In this document: piece by piece, positions 40,278 to 48,623 of the stretch | Position numbering within the stretch: the stretch's first letter is position 1 | Layout: each line of letters begins with the position of its first letter | DNA from: a bacterium | GTDB lineage: Bacteria; Patescibacteriota; Microgenomatia; UBA10105; UBA927 | Length of the DNA: 54,256 nt | Assembly: GCA_021817785.1 (NCBI GenBank) | Contig: JAKAFY010000009.1 | Location: forward strand, 1 to 54,256 | Direction: 5' to 3' | Position numbers and translations under genes: made by a program | Notes under the pieces: generated by a model | Database searches by the model: none | Told to the model about the DNA's origin: nothing | The model's input: only the letters and a program-made list of their open reading frames with translations

Positions 40278-41519
40278 ATGAAATACTTTATAAAAACCTT
40301 CGGCTGCGCCGCCAATGAGGCCGACAGTGAACGCATTGCAGCCCTCTACGAGTCCCGCGGGTATACACGCGCCCGCATGATGGGTCAGGCAGATGATGTG
40401 GTCATAAATACCTGTATGATCCGCGCATCGGCAGAACACCGCGTCTATGGCATTGTCCATAACCTGACGGAAGAAAAAAAGAAAGGCCGGAAGGTAAAAA
40501 TTGTTGTGACCGGCTGTATGGTGGGGATGGCAGCCAGGGAACGCACCGGAAAAATGTTAGCGCTTCTTGCCAAAAAAATGCCCGGTGTTGATGAATTTTT
40601 GCCTATAGAGGAAGTTGGATTCGATTTTGCCGCTATCCGTACCGATCCGCACCATGCATGGGTACCTATTTCAAACGGCTGCAATAATTTCTGTACGTTT
40701 TGCGTCGTGCCTTTTACCCGGGGGAGGGAAATCAGCCGTCCGTTTGATGATATTCTGGCAGAATGCAAAGAGTTGGCGGCCAAAGGGATTGCGCACATCA
40801 CGCTGGTCGGACAGAACGTCAATTCCTACGGGGCGGATTTGTTGGTCGGCGAAAAAAATATCCAGGTAATGCGCGATCTTCCTGATGCGACCTATTTCCG
40901 GGTGGAGCATGCGGAAAAAAAGGAGAAACGGGAATTTGTGCTCAACGGGAAAAAAATGAAACCAACCTATGTCAAACATCTCGGCAGACTGCGGATTCCC
41001 ACCGTGTTTCCGCAGCTACTTTCCGATATCTGTGCCATAGACGGCGTGCATGTAGTCGATTTTATTTCCAGTAACCCCTGGGATTTTTCAGATGAACTCA
41101 TTGCGGTCATGGCAAAAAATAACAAGATATCGCACGACATCCACCTTGCCCTGCAATCCGGCAGTAACGATGTGCTGAAACGGATGAACCGGTGGTACAC
41201 GCGGGAAGAATTTCTGGTTCTTGCGCAAAAAATCAAAAAAGCCATGCCCGATGCCCGGATTTCTACGGATATCATAGTCGGCTTTTGCGGGGAGACCGAC
41301 GAACAGTTTGAACAGACCGTGGATTTGGCGAGAAAGGTCGGATTTTCCAAAGCGTACGTTGCCATGTATTCCGACCGGCCGATGACGGCGGCTCACAAAT
41401 CGTATCACGACGATGTGCCGTATGCCGAAAAGAAACGCCGCTGGCGGGTACTTGAAGAACTGATCAATAAAACGAATCTGCGAAACGGCACGTATGCCAA
41501 AAGTATCCGGTATGCATAA
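40278..41519 (+). CDS. miaB: MiaB-like tRNA methylthiotransferase (radical SAM)
   Basis: TFGC, NTC, TGC; CNNFCTFC; QSGSN.VLKRMNR; adjacent to miaA. Confidence 0.88.
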   Translation: MKYFIKTFGCAANEADSERIAALYESRGYTRARMMGQADDVVINTCMIRASAEHRVYGIVHNLTEEKKKGRKVKIVVTGCMVGMAARERTGKMLALLAKKMPGVDEFLPIEEVGFDFAAIRTDPHHAWVPISNGCNNFCTFCVVPFTRGREISRPFDDILAECKELAAKGIAHITLVGQNVNSYGADLLVGEKNIQVMRDLPDATYFRVEHAEKKEKREFVLNGKKMKPTYVKHLGRLRIPTVFPQLLSDICAIDGVHVVDFISSNPWDFSDELIAVMAKNNKISHDIHLALQSGSNDVLKRMNRWYTREEFLVLAQKIKKAMPDARISTDIIVGFCGETDEQFEQTVDLARKVGFSKAYVAMYSDRPMTAAHKSYHDDVPYAEKKRRWRVLEELINKTNLRNGTYAKSIRYA

Positions 41520-42390
41520 GCTTCTTATTATTTCCGGTCCGACCGCCACCGGAAAAACAAAACTCGCGGTGGCGTTGGCCAAAACATATCACGGCGAACT
41601 GATAAGCGCTGATTCCCGTCAGGTGTACCGCGGAATAGACGTTATTTCAGGCAAAGACAAAAACGAACTCGAAGGAATTCCTCTTTGGTTGACCGACGTT
41701 GCATCCGTCCATGAACAATTCAGTGTATCGCTATTTCATAAATTAGCGATGCCTGTCATTGATGCTATCTATGCCCGGGGGAAACTGCCCATTATCGTCG
41801 GCGGTACCGGACTATATATTCAGTCCATCATTGCTCCTCCGGAAACGATTGATATTCCGCCGGATAGCATTGCCAGGGAACGGTGGGACGCCCTGCCGGT
41901 CCCGGATTTACAGAGAGAATTGCGGCAAAAAGACGCGGAACGGTTCGCACGCATGAACATATCGGATCGAAATAATGCCCGACGTCTCATCCGGGCGCTG
42001 GAAGTTGCCAAGTGGCAGGAGGCGCATCCTGCCACCGTTGCGCCGATGCGCGCTTTTGACGTGTACTGGATAGGTTTGCAGCGGGATATGTCTGTGCTTT
42101 GTGATCTGATTGCCAAACGCGTTGATCTCCGGTGGGACACCGGAGCACTGGATGAGCAGAAGAAATTGCCGCCAACGTTTACTGCAACCGGTGTAACTCC
42201 CATCCGCGCGTATTTACAGGGGGAGCGTTCTGAAACAGAGGCAAAAGCAGCGTGGGTGCGAGAAGAGGTTTCCTATGCCAAACGGCAGATGACCTGGTTT
42301 CGGAAGCAGCCGGATATCCACTGGTTCGATGCGGGAGCCCCGGACGTGGTGCGCAGTATAGAGCGGAACGTCGGGTCGTGGTATACTTAA
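41512..42390 (+). CDS. miaA: tRNA dimethylallyltransferase
   Basis: GPTATGKT, SADSRQVY, VGGTGLY, YAKRQMTWF. Confidence 0.97.
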   Translation: MHKLLIISGPTATGKTKLAVALAKTYHGELISADSRQVYRGIDVISGKDKNELEGIPLWLTDVASVHEQFSVSLFHKLAMPVIDAIYARGKLPIIVGGTGLYIQSIIAPPETIDIPPDSIARERWDALPVPDLQRELRQKDAERFARMNISDRNNARRLIRALEVAKWQEAHPATVAPMRAFDVYWIGLQRDMSVLCDLIAKRVDLRWDTGALDEQKKLPPTFTATGVTPIRAYLQGERSETEAKAAWVREEVSYAKRQMTWFRKQPDIHWFDAGAPDVVRSIERNVGSWYT

Positions 42391-42395
42391 ACGGT

Positions 42396-43370
42396 ATGCC
42401 GACCAAAGTCGAGATTTCCCACAAGACGATTATTTTTACCCTCGTGTTGCTTGCGGGACTCTGGCTGCTATTGCAGATCCGCGATATTCTGTTTCTTCTT
42501 TTTATCTCGTTTATCCTCATGTCGGCGCTGCGTCCCATTATTGAGTGGTTGGAAGACCGGAAGATTCCCAGGCTTGTTGCTATATTTTTTATCTACGCCA
42601 TTGTATTCGGCGTGTTCGGAGTTATGATTGCCGGCATGATTCCGACGCTTATCGCACAGTCGGGGAAACTGTTTACGGAAATCCCGAACTTTTTAAGCCG
42701 GATGTTCCCGTATGTGTCGCTTGACGTGCAGTCCTTATATCAGCAAATCGCTCCGGTCGGGGCGAATATCGTAAACGTCACGGTCGGCGTATTTTCGAAT
42801 TTCATCATGATGCTTACGGTTCTCACCTTTACATTTTATTTTTTGCTGGAGCGGGGAAATCTCAAGGCCATCCTTTCCGGATTACTGGGAGACGGGGTCG
42901 GCAACCGCGTATTTACGATCCTGCTCCGCGTGGAGAAACGGTTGGGTGCATGGGTGTTGGGAGAGCTTGTGCTCATGGGATTTATCGGGACGTTGGTGTA
43001 TATCGGATTGTTTTTTCTCCGGGTGGATTTTGCATTACCGCTTGCCATTATAGCCGGCATGCTGGAGATTGTTCCGACGATCGGGCCCATTCTTTCGGCC
43101 GTCCCTGCCATACTGGTCGCATTTTCGCATTCGCCGATACTCGCGCTAACGGTGATTGCCCTCTACGTCATAGTGCAGCAGATAGAAAACAATATCGTCG
43201 TTCCGTTTGTCATGAAAAAAAGCGTGGGTTTGCCGCCGATACTTACTATCCTGGCATTGTTGATCGGGGGAAGATTTGCCGGGGTGACGGGTGCAATTCT
43301 GGCAGTGCCCGTATTATTAACGATCCAGGAACTTATCGCATCCCTGGGAAATACGTCTTCCAAGCGGTAA
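42396..43370 (+). CDS. AI-2E family (PerM-like) transporter
   Basis: multi-TM; VPTIGPIL, VQQIENN..VP, GAILAVP. Confidence 0.9.
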   Translation: MPTKVEISHKTIIFTLVLLAGLWLLLQIRDILFLLFISFILMSALRPIIEWLEDRKIPRLVAIFFIYAIVFGVFGVMIAGMIPTLIAQSGKLFTEIPNFLSRMFPYVSLDVQSLYQQIAPVGANIVNVTVGVFSNFIMMLTVLTFTFYFLLERGNLKAILSGLLGDGVGNRVFTILLRVEKRLGAWVLGELVLMGFIGTLVYIGLFFLRVDFALPLAIIAGMLEIVPTIGPILSAVPAILVAFSHSPILALTVIALYVIVQQIENNIVVPFVMKKSVGLPPILTILALLIGGRFAGVTGAILAVPVLLTIQELIASLGNTSSKR

Positions 43371-43394
43371 TATGTAGATTGAATCTATCCAAAT

Positions 43395-43866
43395 GCACAT
43401 TTGGGAACCTCGTAAGCCAGATTCTGTTTCACCATGCCGGCGCTTTTGCGCAGGCGGGTTCTGATTCTCATTTCTCTGATGCCCGTAAACTTCGGTCCTT
43501 CCGAATGCGTGGTTTACCCGAACAAAGTTCTTGCGAAATTTGCGCGGGTTAATAACGGACCATTCGCCGGTTGCAGCAGGTGGGATTGCCTTTTACCCGC
43601 CGTAGCTTTACGCGTAGGCGGGAACGTTTCACACTCTTTACATGCCGTCATAAACATTCTCACGTGGGGAATATTTATTCCGGTTTAGTAAAGAGATCGT
43701 CTCTGTGGCTCTCTCGTCCTGTCAATTCAGGATTCGTTTCCTTTGGCTTTCGCCTCAGGACCACCCGACTTTTCAGCGGGGAGCTTGCGCTCCCTCCCTT
43801 GCATTCTGCTGTCTGGACTTTCCTCCCGCCTCAAACGGCGGGTGAGAATCCGGGTTCCCAAAGTGC
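43395..43866 (-). ncRNA. rnpB: RNase P RNA
   Basis: minus strand has GAGGAAAGTCCAGA and AACAGAATCTGGCTTAC (P4 halves), GCCACAGAGACGA, GTGAAACG; P1 TTTGGGAACC/GGTTCCCAAA. Confidence 0.93.
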
Positions 43867-43938
43867 AGCTTATAGTATATCGTCTTTTTGTGAGATAGTC
43901 CACTGAGTTTTTCTGACATTTCCTGTATGGTAAGGGGT

Positions 43939-45465
43939 ATGCTTGCCCAAATACGCTCAGGTGCGGTCGTCGGTCTGGATGCAGTACCGGTGACGGTGGA
44001 AGTGGATATCGCATCGCAGGGATTGCCCTCGTTTACCATCGTCGGGTTACCGGATAAGGCGGTAGAGGAGAGCCGTGAGCGTGTGCGTGCCGCAATCAAA
44101 AACAGCGGTGCCGAATTTCCGGCCAAACGCATCACCGTCAATTTAGCCCCCGCGGATTTGCCGAAAGCAGGCCCTGCGTACGATTTACCGATCGCGATCG
44201 GTATATTGTCCGCTTCAGGCCAGCTCGGGACGATACCAAAAGAGTCGCTGTTTATCGGAGAATTATCCCTGGACGGAAGTCTCCGGCACACCAACGGCAT
44301 CCTGCCGCTTGCCATGATGCTGTCTGTATCTACCGGCAGTAAGGATATCTTCGTTCCGTTAGAAGACGCCAAAGAGGCAGCCATAATCCGTGCTGTTCGG
44401 GTATTCGGCGTGCCGTCGCTGCTGTCACTGTTTCATCACATATCCGGCTCCTCGCCCGTCACACCCGAGCCGTATATTCCGTTTCGCAGCCTTGCTGTGT
44501 CACAGGCATTTGAGTCCGACATGAAAGACATACAGGGGCAGGAGCAGGCCAAACGCGCGCTCGAAATCGCGGCGGCAGGCGCTCACAATATGTTTATGCA
44601 GGGGCCGCCGGGAGCCGGAAAAACCATGCTTGCACGTACGTTGCCCTCCATTCTGCCCGGGCTTACGGAAGAAGAAGCACTCGAAGTGACAAAAATTTAT
44701 TCCGTCACCGGAAACTTGCCGCCCGGGGAATCGGTGGTAAAATTCCGCCCGTTCCGCTCTCCGCATCATACGACGTCGCGCATAGGCCTGATAGGCGGAG
44801 GCACCCATCCCATGCCGGGAGAAATATCACTGGCACACCGGGGAGTATTATTTCTGGATGAATTCCCGGAATTTCCGCGGCACGTTCTTGAAGCACTCCG
44901 GCAGCCTATGGAAGATGGGATAGTAAGTATTTCCCGTGCCGTTGGGTCCGTACGGTATCCGGCGAAATTTATGTTGGTTGCCGCGGCCAACCCCTGTCCG
45001 TGCGGCAACAGCGGGTCGGAAACAAAACGCTGCAGCTGCCTGCCGGGCATGGTGACACGGTATCAAAAACGAGTGTCCGGACCGATCATCGACCGCATAG
45101 ATCTCCACGTCCACGTGCCGACCGTCGCCGTAGAAAAATTGGCGGATCAGCTGCATACCGGAGAATCGTCGCATCTCGTACAGGCACGGGTCCAAAAGGC
45201 CCGTGACGCGCAATCCAAACGGCTCAAACGGTATATGCTGCACGCAAACGCCGAAATGTCGTCGCGCATCGTGCGGGAATGCTGCCCGTTGTCGGTCGAG
45301 TGCGAACGATTTCTCCGTCAGGCGGTGGGCCGTTTCCGGCTTACGGCACGCGGATATTACCGGGTGATCAAGGTAGCGCGTACGATAGCGGATCTGGAAG
45401 CCGAAAAAGACATAGGCGTCACGCATATTGCTGAAGCACTCCAGTACCGTTCTTCTGATACATAA
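43939..45465 (+). CDS. comM: YifB/ComM Mg-chelatase-like AAA+ ATPase
   Basis: VGLPDKAVEESRERV, GPPGAGKTMLA, RSPHH, AANPCPCG. Confidence 0.93.
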   Translation: MLAQIRSGAVVGLDAVPVTVEVDIASQGLPSFTIVGLPDKAVEESRERVRAAIKNSGAEFPAKRITVNLAPADLPKAGPAYDLPIAIGILSASGQLGTIPKESLFIGELSLDGSLRHTNGILPLAMMLSVSTGSKDIFVPLEDAKEAAIIRAVRVFGVPSLLSLFHHISGSSPVTPEPYIPFRSLAVSQAFESDMKDIQGQEQAKRALEIAAAGAHNMFMQGPPGAGKTMLARTLPSILPGLTEEEALEVTKIYSVTGNLPPGESVVKFRPFRSPHHTTSRIGLIGGGTHPMPGEISLAHRGVLFLDEFPEFPRHVLEALRQPMEDGIVSISRAVGSVRYPAKFMLVAAANPCPCGNSGSETKRCSCLPGMVTRYQKRVSGPIIDRIDLHVHVPTVAVEKLADQLHTGESSHLVQARVQKARDAQSKRLKRYMLHANAEMSSRIVRECCPLSVECERFLRQAVGRFRLTARGYYRVIKVARTIADLEAEKDIGVTHIAEALQYRSSDT

Positions 45466-45491
45466 AAACCCCCCACCATATGGTGGGGGGT
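45464..45491 (-). terminator. terminator hairpin between convergent genes
   Basis: perfect palindrome ACCCCCCACCA-TA-TGGTGGGGGGT with a U-tract on the minus strand. Confidence 0.75.
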
Positions 45492-45522
45492 ATGTTGATA
45501 AAACGTCTTACCAAAAAAAGGA

Positions 45523-45663
45523 TTAGCCACCGATCTTATACATACCGGTTCCGCAAACTGGGCATTTCCCTTTCATTGCCGGTTTGCCGTTTTTCATCGT
45601 CACTTTGACGGCTTTTGGATCGTCGCGCTTCGCGCGGCATTTTACACAATACATTTCTGCCAT
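45523..45663 (-). CDS. 46-aa basic zinc-ribbon protein (DUF5679-like), not in ORF track
   Basis: hand translation MAEMYCVKCRAKRDDPKAVKVTMKNGKPAMKGKCPVCGTGMYKIGG; SD GGAGGTGA; terminator downstream. Confidence 0.88.
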   Translation of the reverse strand: MAEMYCVKCRAKRDDPKAVKVTMKNGKPAMKGKCPVCGTGMYKIGG

Positions 45664-45777
45664 AGTGTCATTCACCTCCCTTCACCCTCCGAAGTTTTAT
45701 GCGAAGGAGGGTTTCGCACCTCAGTATGTATTGCTTCGAAGCGTTACTGAGAATCGGCTTCGGGAGGCACAGGCCTC
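45664..45777 (-). ncRNA. candidate structured leader RNA (hairpin plus two pseudoknots plus SD), copy 2
   Basis: homologous to the HU leader at 37373-37482. Confidence 0.75.
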
Positions 45778-45790
45778 AAACATAAGTATG

Positions 45791-46072
45791 TTAATGCGGC
45801 AAATAATGAGAGAGCAGGAATTCACTGGCGATTATACAGACGGTTATGATCAGTGTTTTGGATAAATCCCGCTTTATAGCGCTGAATTCATTGACAGACG
45901 CAGTGACGGCACGTGATGGCATTGGTGCTTCATGGGCGGGAAGCGTCAGATGAAATGATTCGGTTGTAGCGGAAGCGGACGGTGATACGGACGAAGACGA
46001 TGGGACGACGGGAGCCAAACGCATCCTGTGCTGTTGGGCAAGCAGTTTTTCTTTTTTCGTTTTCTTTGGCAT
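45791..46072 (-). CDS. small hypothetical protein: basic N-terminus, Ser/Pro linker, C-terminal TM helix
   Basis: MPKKTKKEKLLA...IKRDLSKTLIITVCII; TTGACA-N18-TACGCT upstream (46144-46115). Confidence 0.75.
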   Translation of the reverse strand: MPKKTKKEKLLAQQHRMRLAPVVPSSSSVSPSASATTESFHLTLPAHEAPMPSRAVTASVNEFSAIKRDLSKTLIITVCIIASEFLLSHYLPH

Positions 46073-46082
46073 ACAAATTTGC

Positions 46083-46103
46083 CCTTGCCTGCAGGCAGGC
46101 AGG
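46083..46103. repeat. short GC-rich palindrome (CCTGCCTGCC.GCAGGCA.G type)
   Basis: CCTTGCCTGCAGGCAGGCAGG; single copy in the window. Confidence 0.45.
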
Positions 46104-46257
46104 TCGTGCGCATGAGCGTAGCACAGGCGATTCAGCCTTGTCAACTTTTGTCAGCCTCGGATTACGATAGGTTGCCGCGTAAAAGTCTTATAGTATGTAT
46201 ATCTGCAGATCGCCGGATTGACAAAGTGAAAAGCGGAATCGTACTATGTGAATACGA

Positions 46258-46746
46258 ATGGTGTTCAATAGCACGGTCTTTATCATCGGAAGTATTGTGG
46301 TTATGGTGGTGTGGCTTTCTGTTTTGACCGTGCTGGTCATGAGAGCGATTTCTCATTATAATAGGTTAAGTACCGGGGTAACGAAAGCCGGATTATCCGA
46401 GGCGTTGGACACCATATTGCGGACGCTCCACATGGTACGTACCAAGTCGGACGCGACGGAACGGATGGCAAAAACGCTGGGTGCGGAAGCTAACCTTCAC
46501 ATTCAGCGCATAGGCATCGTCCGGTTTAATCCGTTCGCCGATACGGGAGGAGCGCAGAGTTTTGCGATAGCGCTTTTGAATAAACAAAACAGCGGTATCG
46601 TCATGACGTCTTTGTACGGCAGAAGCGGAAACCGATGGTATATCAAAGAGATAGTGGCCGCCAAGGGGAAAGACCTGGCGTTGTCCAAAGAAGAAGAAGG
46701 TGCGATAGCAAACGCAATGCGAATGGAGGGCACACATCATGAGTAA
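46258..46746 (+). CDS. DUF4446-like membrane-anchored protein
   Basis: N-terminal TM helix; GIVRFNPFADTGG.QSF..ALL...G...TSLYGR, LSKEE. Confidence 0.85.
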   Translation: MVFNSTVFIIGSIVVMVVWLSVLTVLVMRAISHYNRLSTGVTKAGLSEALDTILRTLHMVRTKSDATERMAKTLGAEANLHIQRIGIVRFNPFADTGGAQSFAIALLNKQNSGIVMTSLYGRSGNRWYIKEIVAAKGKDLALSKEEEGAIANAMRMEGTHHE

Positions 46747-47932
46747 ACAGCAATTTATTACGACATTGGTTATCGGATTGGCGCTCTACCTGGTTGCCAC
46801 AGGGCTTTCGTTTGCCGGATTTTCCATGCTTGCGAAATCAAAAACCTCTCCGGTTGCCGTGACAATGACGGGAAAAGGTGATCAGCAGCATTTTACGATA
46901 GACCCTTCTGTCCCGCGTACGGAACCATGTCCTCTGAACGGGAAGCTCTATACGACACAGGAAAAAGATCTTTGGGCAAAAAACAGGCCGCTCGCCGTTA
47001 TGATCGAAAACCATGTAGAGGCACGGCCGCAATCCGGATTATCGAGCGCCGATGTTGTGTATGAAGCAGTAGCAGAAGGGGGTATTACCCGGTTTATGGG
47101 CGTATTCTATTGCGGCATCGCGTTAAACCCTACCAATTTTGCACCGGTCCGGAGTTCCAGAGTCTATTTCCTTCCGTGGGTTATGGAATACGATGCGTTA
47201 TATAACCACGTTGGCGGGGCCGGATGTGATGAAACGGTCGATCCCCGTGCGCGGGCGCTTTGCGAAATTACCGACCTGGGGATAAAAAACATGGATGAGT
47301 TTAATCTCGGCATCAAAACGACCGATAAGAAATTCCCGCTCTGTTACCGGAACCCGGACCGCTTGGGACACGAAGTAGCGACCGAACACACGATGATCTG
47401 TAACAGCGCAGGAATCTATGACGAAGCGGCGCTTCGCGGCTGGACCAATGTAGACGCAAAAGGGGTTTCCTGGGATAAAAACTTCCAGCCGTGGAAATTT
47501 GCGGATGATGCCAAAGCGTCTGATCGCGGCACGGCCACATCCATCTCATTCGTCGCGTGGAAAGGGTATGACGCGGATTTCGGCGTACGGTGGGATTATG
47601 ACAAAGCGGCCAACGTCTATAAACGGTTTACCGGAGGAGTCGCCCATACGGATTTAGAGAACAAACAGCAACTGACGGCAAAAGACGTCGTCGTACTGTT
47701 TGCCAAGGAAACGGAAACCGGCGATATCCATGGACACCTTTTGTATAATAACGTAGGCTCAGGAACGGGAATCGTATTCCAAAACGGTACGGCAACCAAA
47801 GTCGTATGGCAGAAAGCGACGATAGGTGCCAGAACGAAATTCTATGACGCAGCCACGAATAAAGAAATCGTATTCACTCGTGGCCAAATATGGATCGAAA
47901 TGCTGCCTACCGGTACGCCTGTCACATATTAA
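46739..47932 (+). CDS. DUF3048-like exported protein
   Basis: RPLAVMIEN...ARPQSGLSSADVVYEAVAEGGITRF, PVRSSR. Confidence 0.88.
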   Translation: MSKQQFITTLVIGLALYLVATGLSFAGFSMLAKSKTSPVAVTMTGKGDQQHFTIDPSVPRTEPCPLNGKLYTTQEKDLWAKNRPLAVMIENHVEARPQSGLSSADVVYEAVAEGGITRFMGVFYCGIALNPTNFAPVRSSRVYFLPWVMEYDALYNHVGGAGCDETVDPRARALCEITDLGIKNMDEFNLGIKTTDKKFPLCYRNPDRLGHEVATEHTMICNSAGIYDEAALRGWTNVDAKGVSWDKNFQPWKFADDAKASDRGTATSISFVAWKGYDADFGVRWDYDKAANVYKRFTGGVAHTDLENKQQLTAKDVVVLFAKETETGDIHGHLLYNNVGSGTGIVFQNGTATKVVWQKATIGARTKFYDAATNKEIVFTRGQIWIEMLPTGTPVTY

Positions 47933-47965
47933 TATGGCGCATCCTCTGCCCAAGAAGGGAGTGTT

Positions 47966-48547
47966 ATGCTTCTTGAAGAACTGATTATTTCGAGAGTCCG
48001 GGTAAAAATACTGACATTATTCCTGACCAATCCGTCGAATATCTATCACGTCCGGGATATCGTGCGGAAAGTGGGTGAAGAGATCAATGCCGTGCGCCGA
48101 GAGCTTTCTCATCTTGAGAAAGCGGGCATGCTGTCCAAAGAACAGCGGGCAAACCGTTTGTTTTACGCGTTCCGCAAAGAATATGCATTGTACTTTGAGC
48201 TCATGGAGCTTATTACCAAGACGACCGGTTTGGGATGGGATATCGTCAAAAACAAAACAAAGCTCGGCAAAATTAAATTTGCCATGATGTCAGGCAGATA
48301 TATGCGCGGACTGCCGCATCGGGACGGGAATGATGTGGATTTGCTGATCGTGGGATCCGTCGTATTGGCCGAACTCGGACAACTGGTAAAGAGCGAAGAG
48401 GTCAAACGGGAGCGCGAACTGAATTATACTGTGATGACGGAAGAAGAATTTACGTTCCGCAAAAGACGCCGTGATCCGTTTGTGCTGGATATCCTGCGCG
48501 GTTCCCGACTCATGCTGATCGGAGACGAAGAAGAACTTGTCAGTTAA
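47966..48547 (+). CDS. winged-helix DNA-binding domain plus nucleotidyltransferase-like domain
   Basis: SRVRVKIL, HVRDIVR...NAVRREL..LE; DVDLLIVG. Confidence 0.75.
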   Translation: MLLEELIISRVRVKILTLFLTNPSNIYHVRDIVRKVGEEINAVRRELSHLEKAGMLSKEQRANRLFYAFRKEYALYFELMELITKTTGLGWDIVKNKTKLGKIKFAMMSGRYMRGLPHRDGNDVDLLIVGSVVLAELGQLVKSEEVKRERELNYTVMTEEEFTFRKRRRDPFVLDILRGSRLMLIGDEEELVS

Positions 48548-48558
48548 AGCTGACTCGT

Positions 48559-48620
48559 GATAAAGTACTTACGTTTATAAAGTACTTTAGAAACTTTATG
48601 AACGTTTTACTTTATTAACT
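48559..48620. repeat. AT-rich periodic palindrome, copy C (degenerate)
   Basis: ATAAAGTAC x2, AACTTTATGAAC, ACTTTA units as in copies A and B. Confidence 0.6.
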
Positions 48621-48623
48621 CAT

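Noticed and set aside
43434-44014. ORFs 43434-43688, 43571-43906 and 43727-44014
   Set aside because: They overlap the RNase P RNA gene and have no protein features
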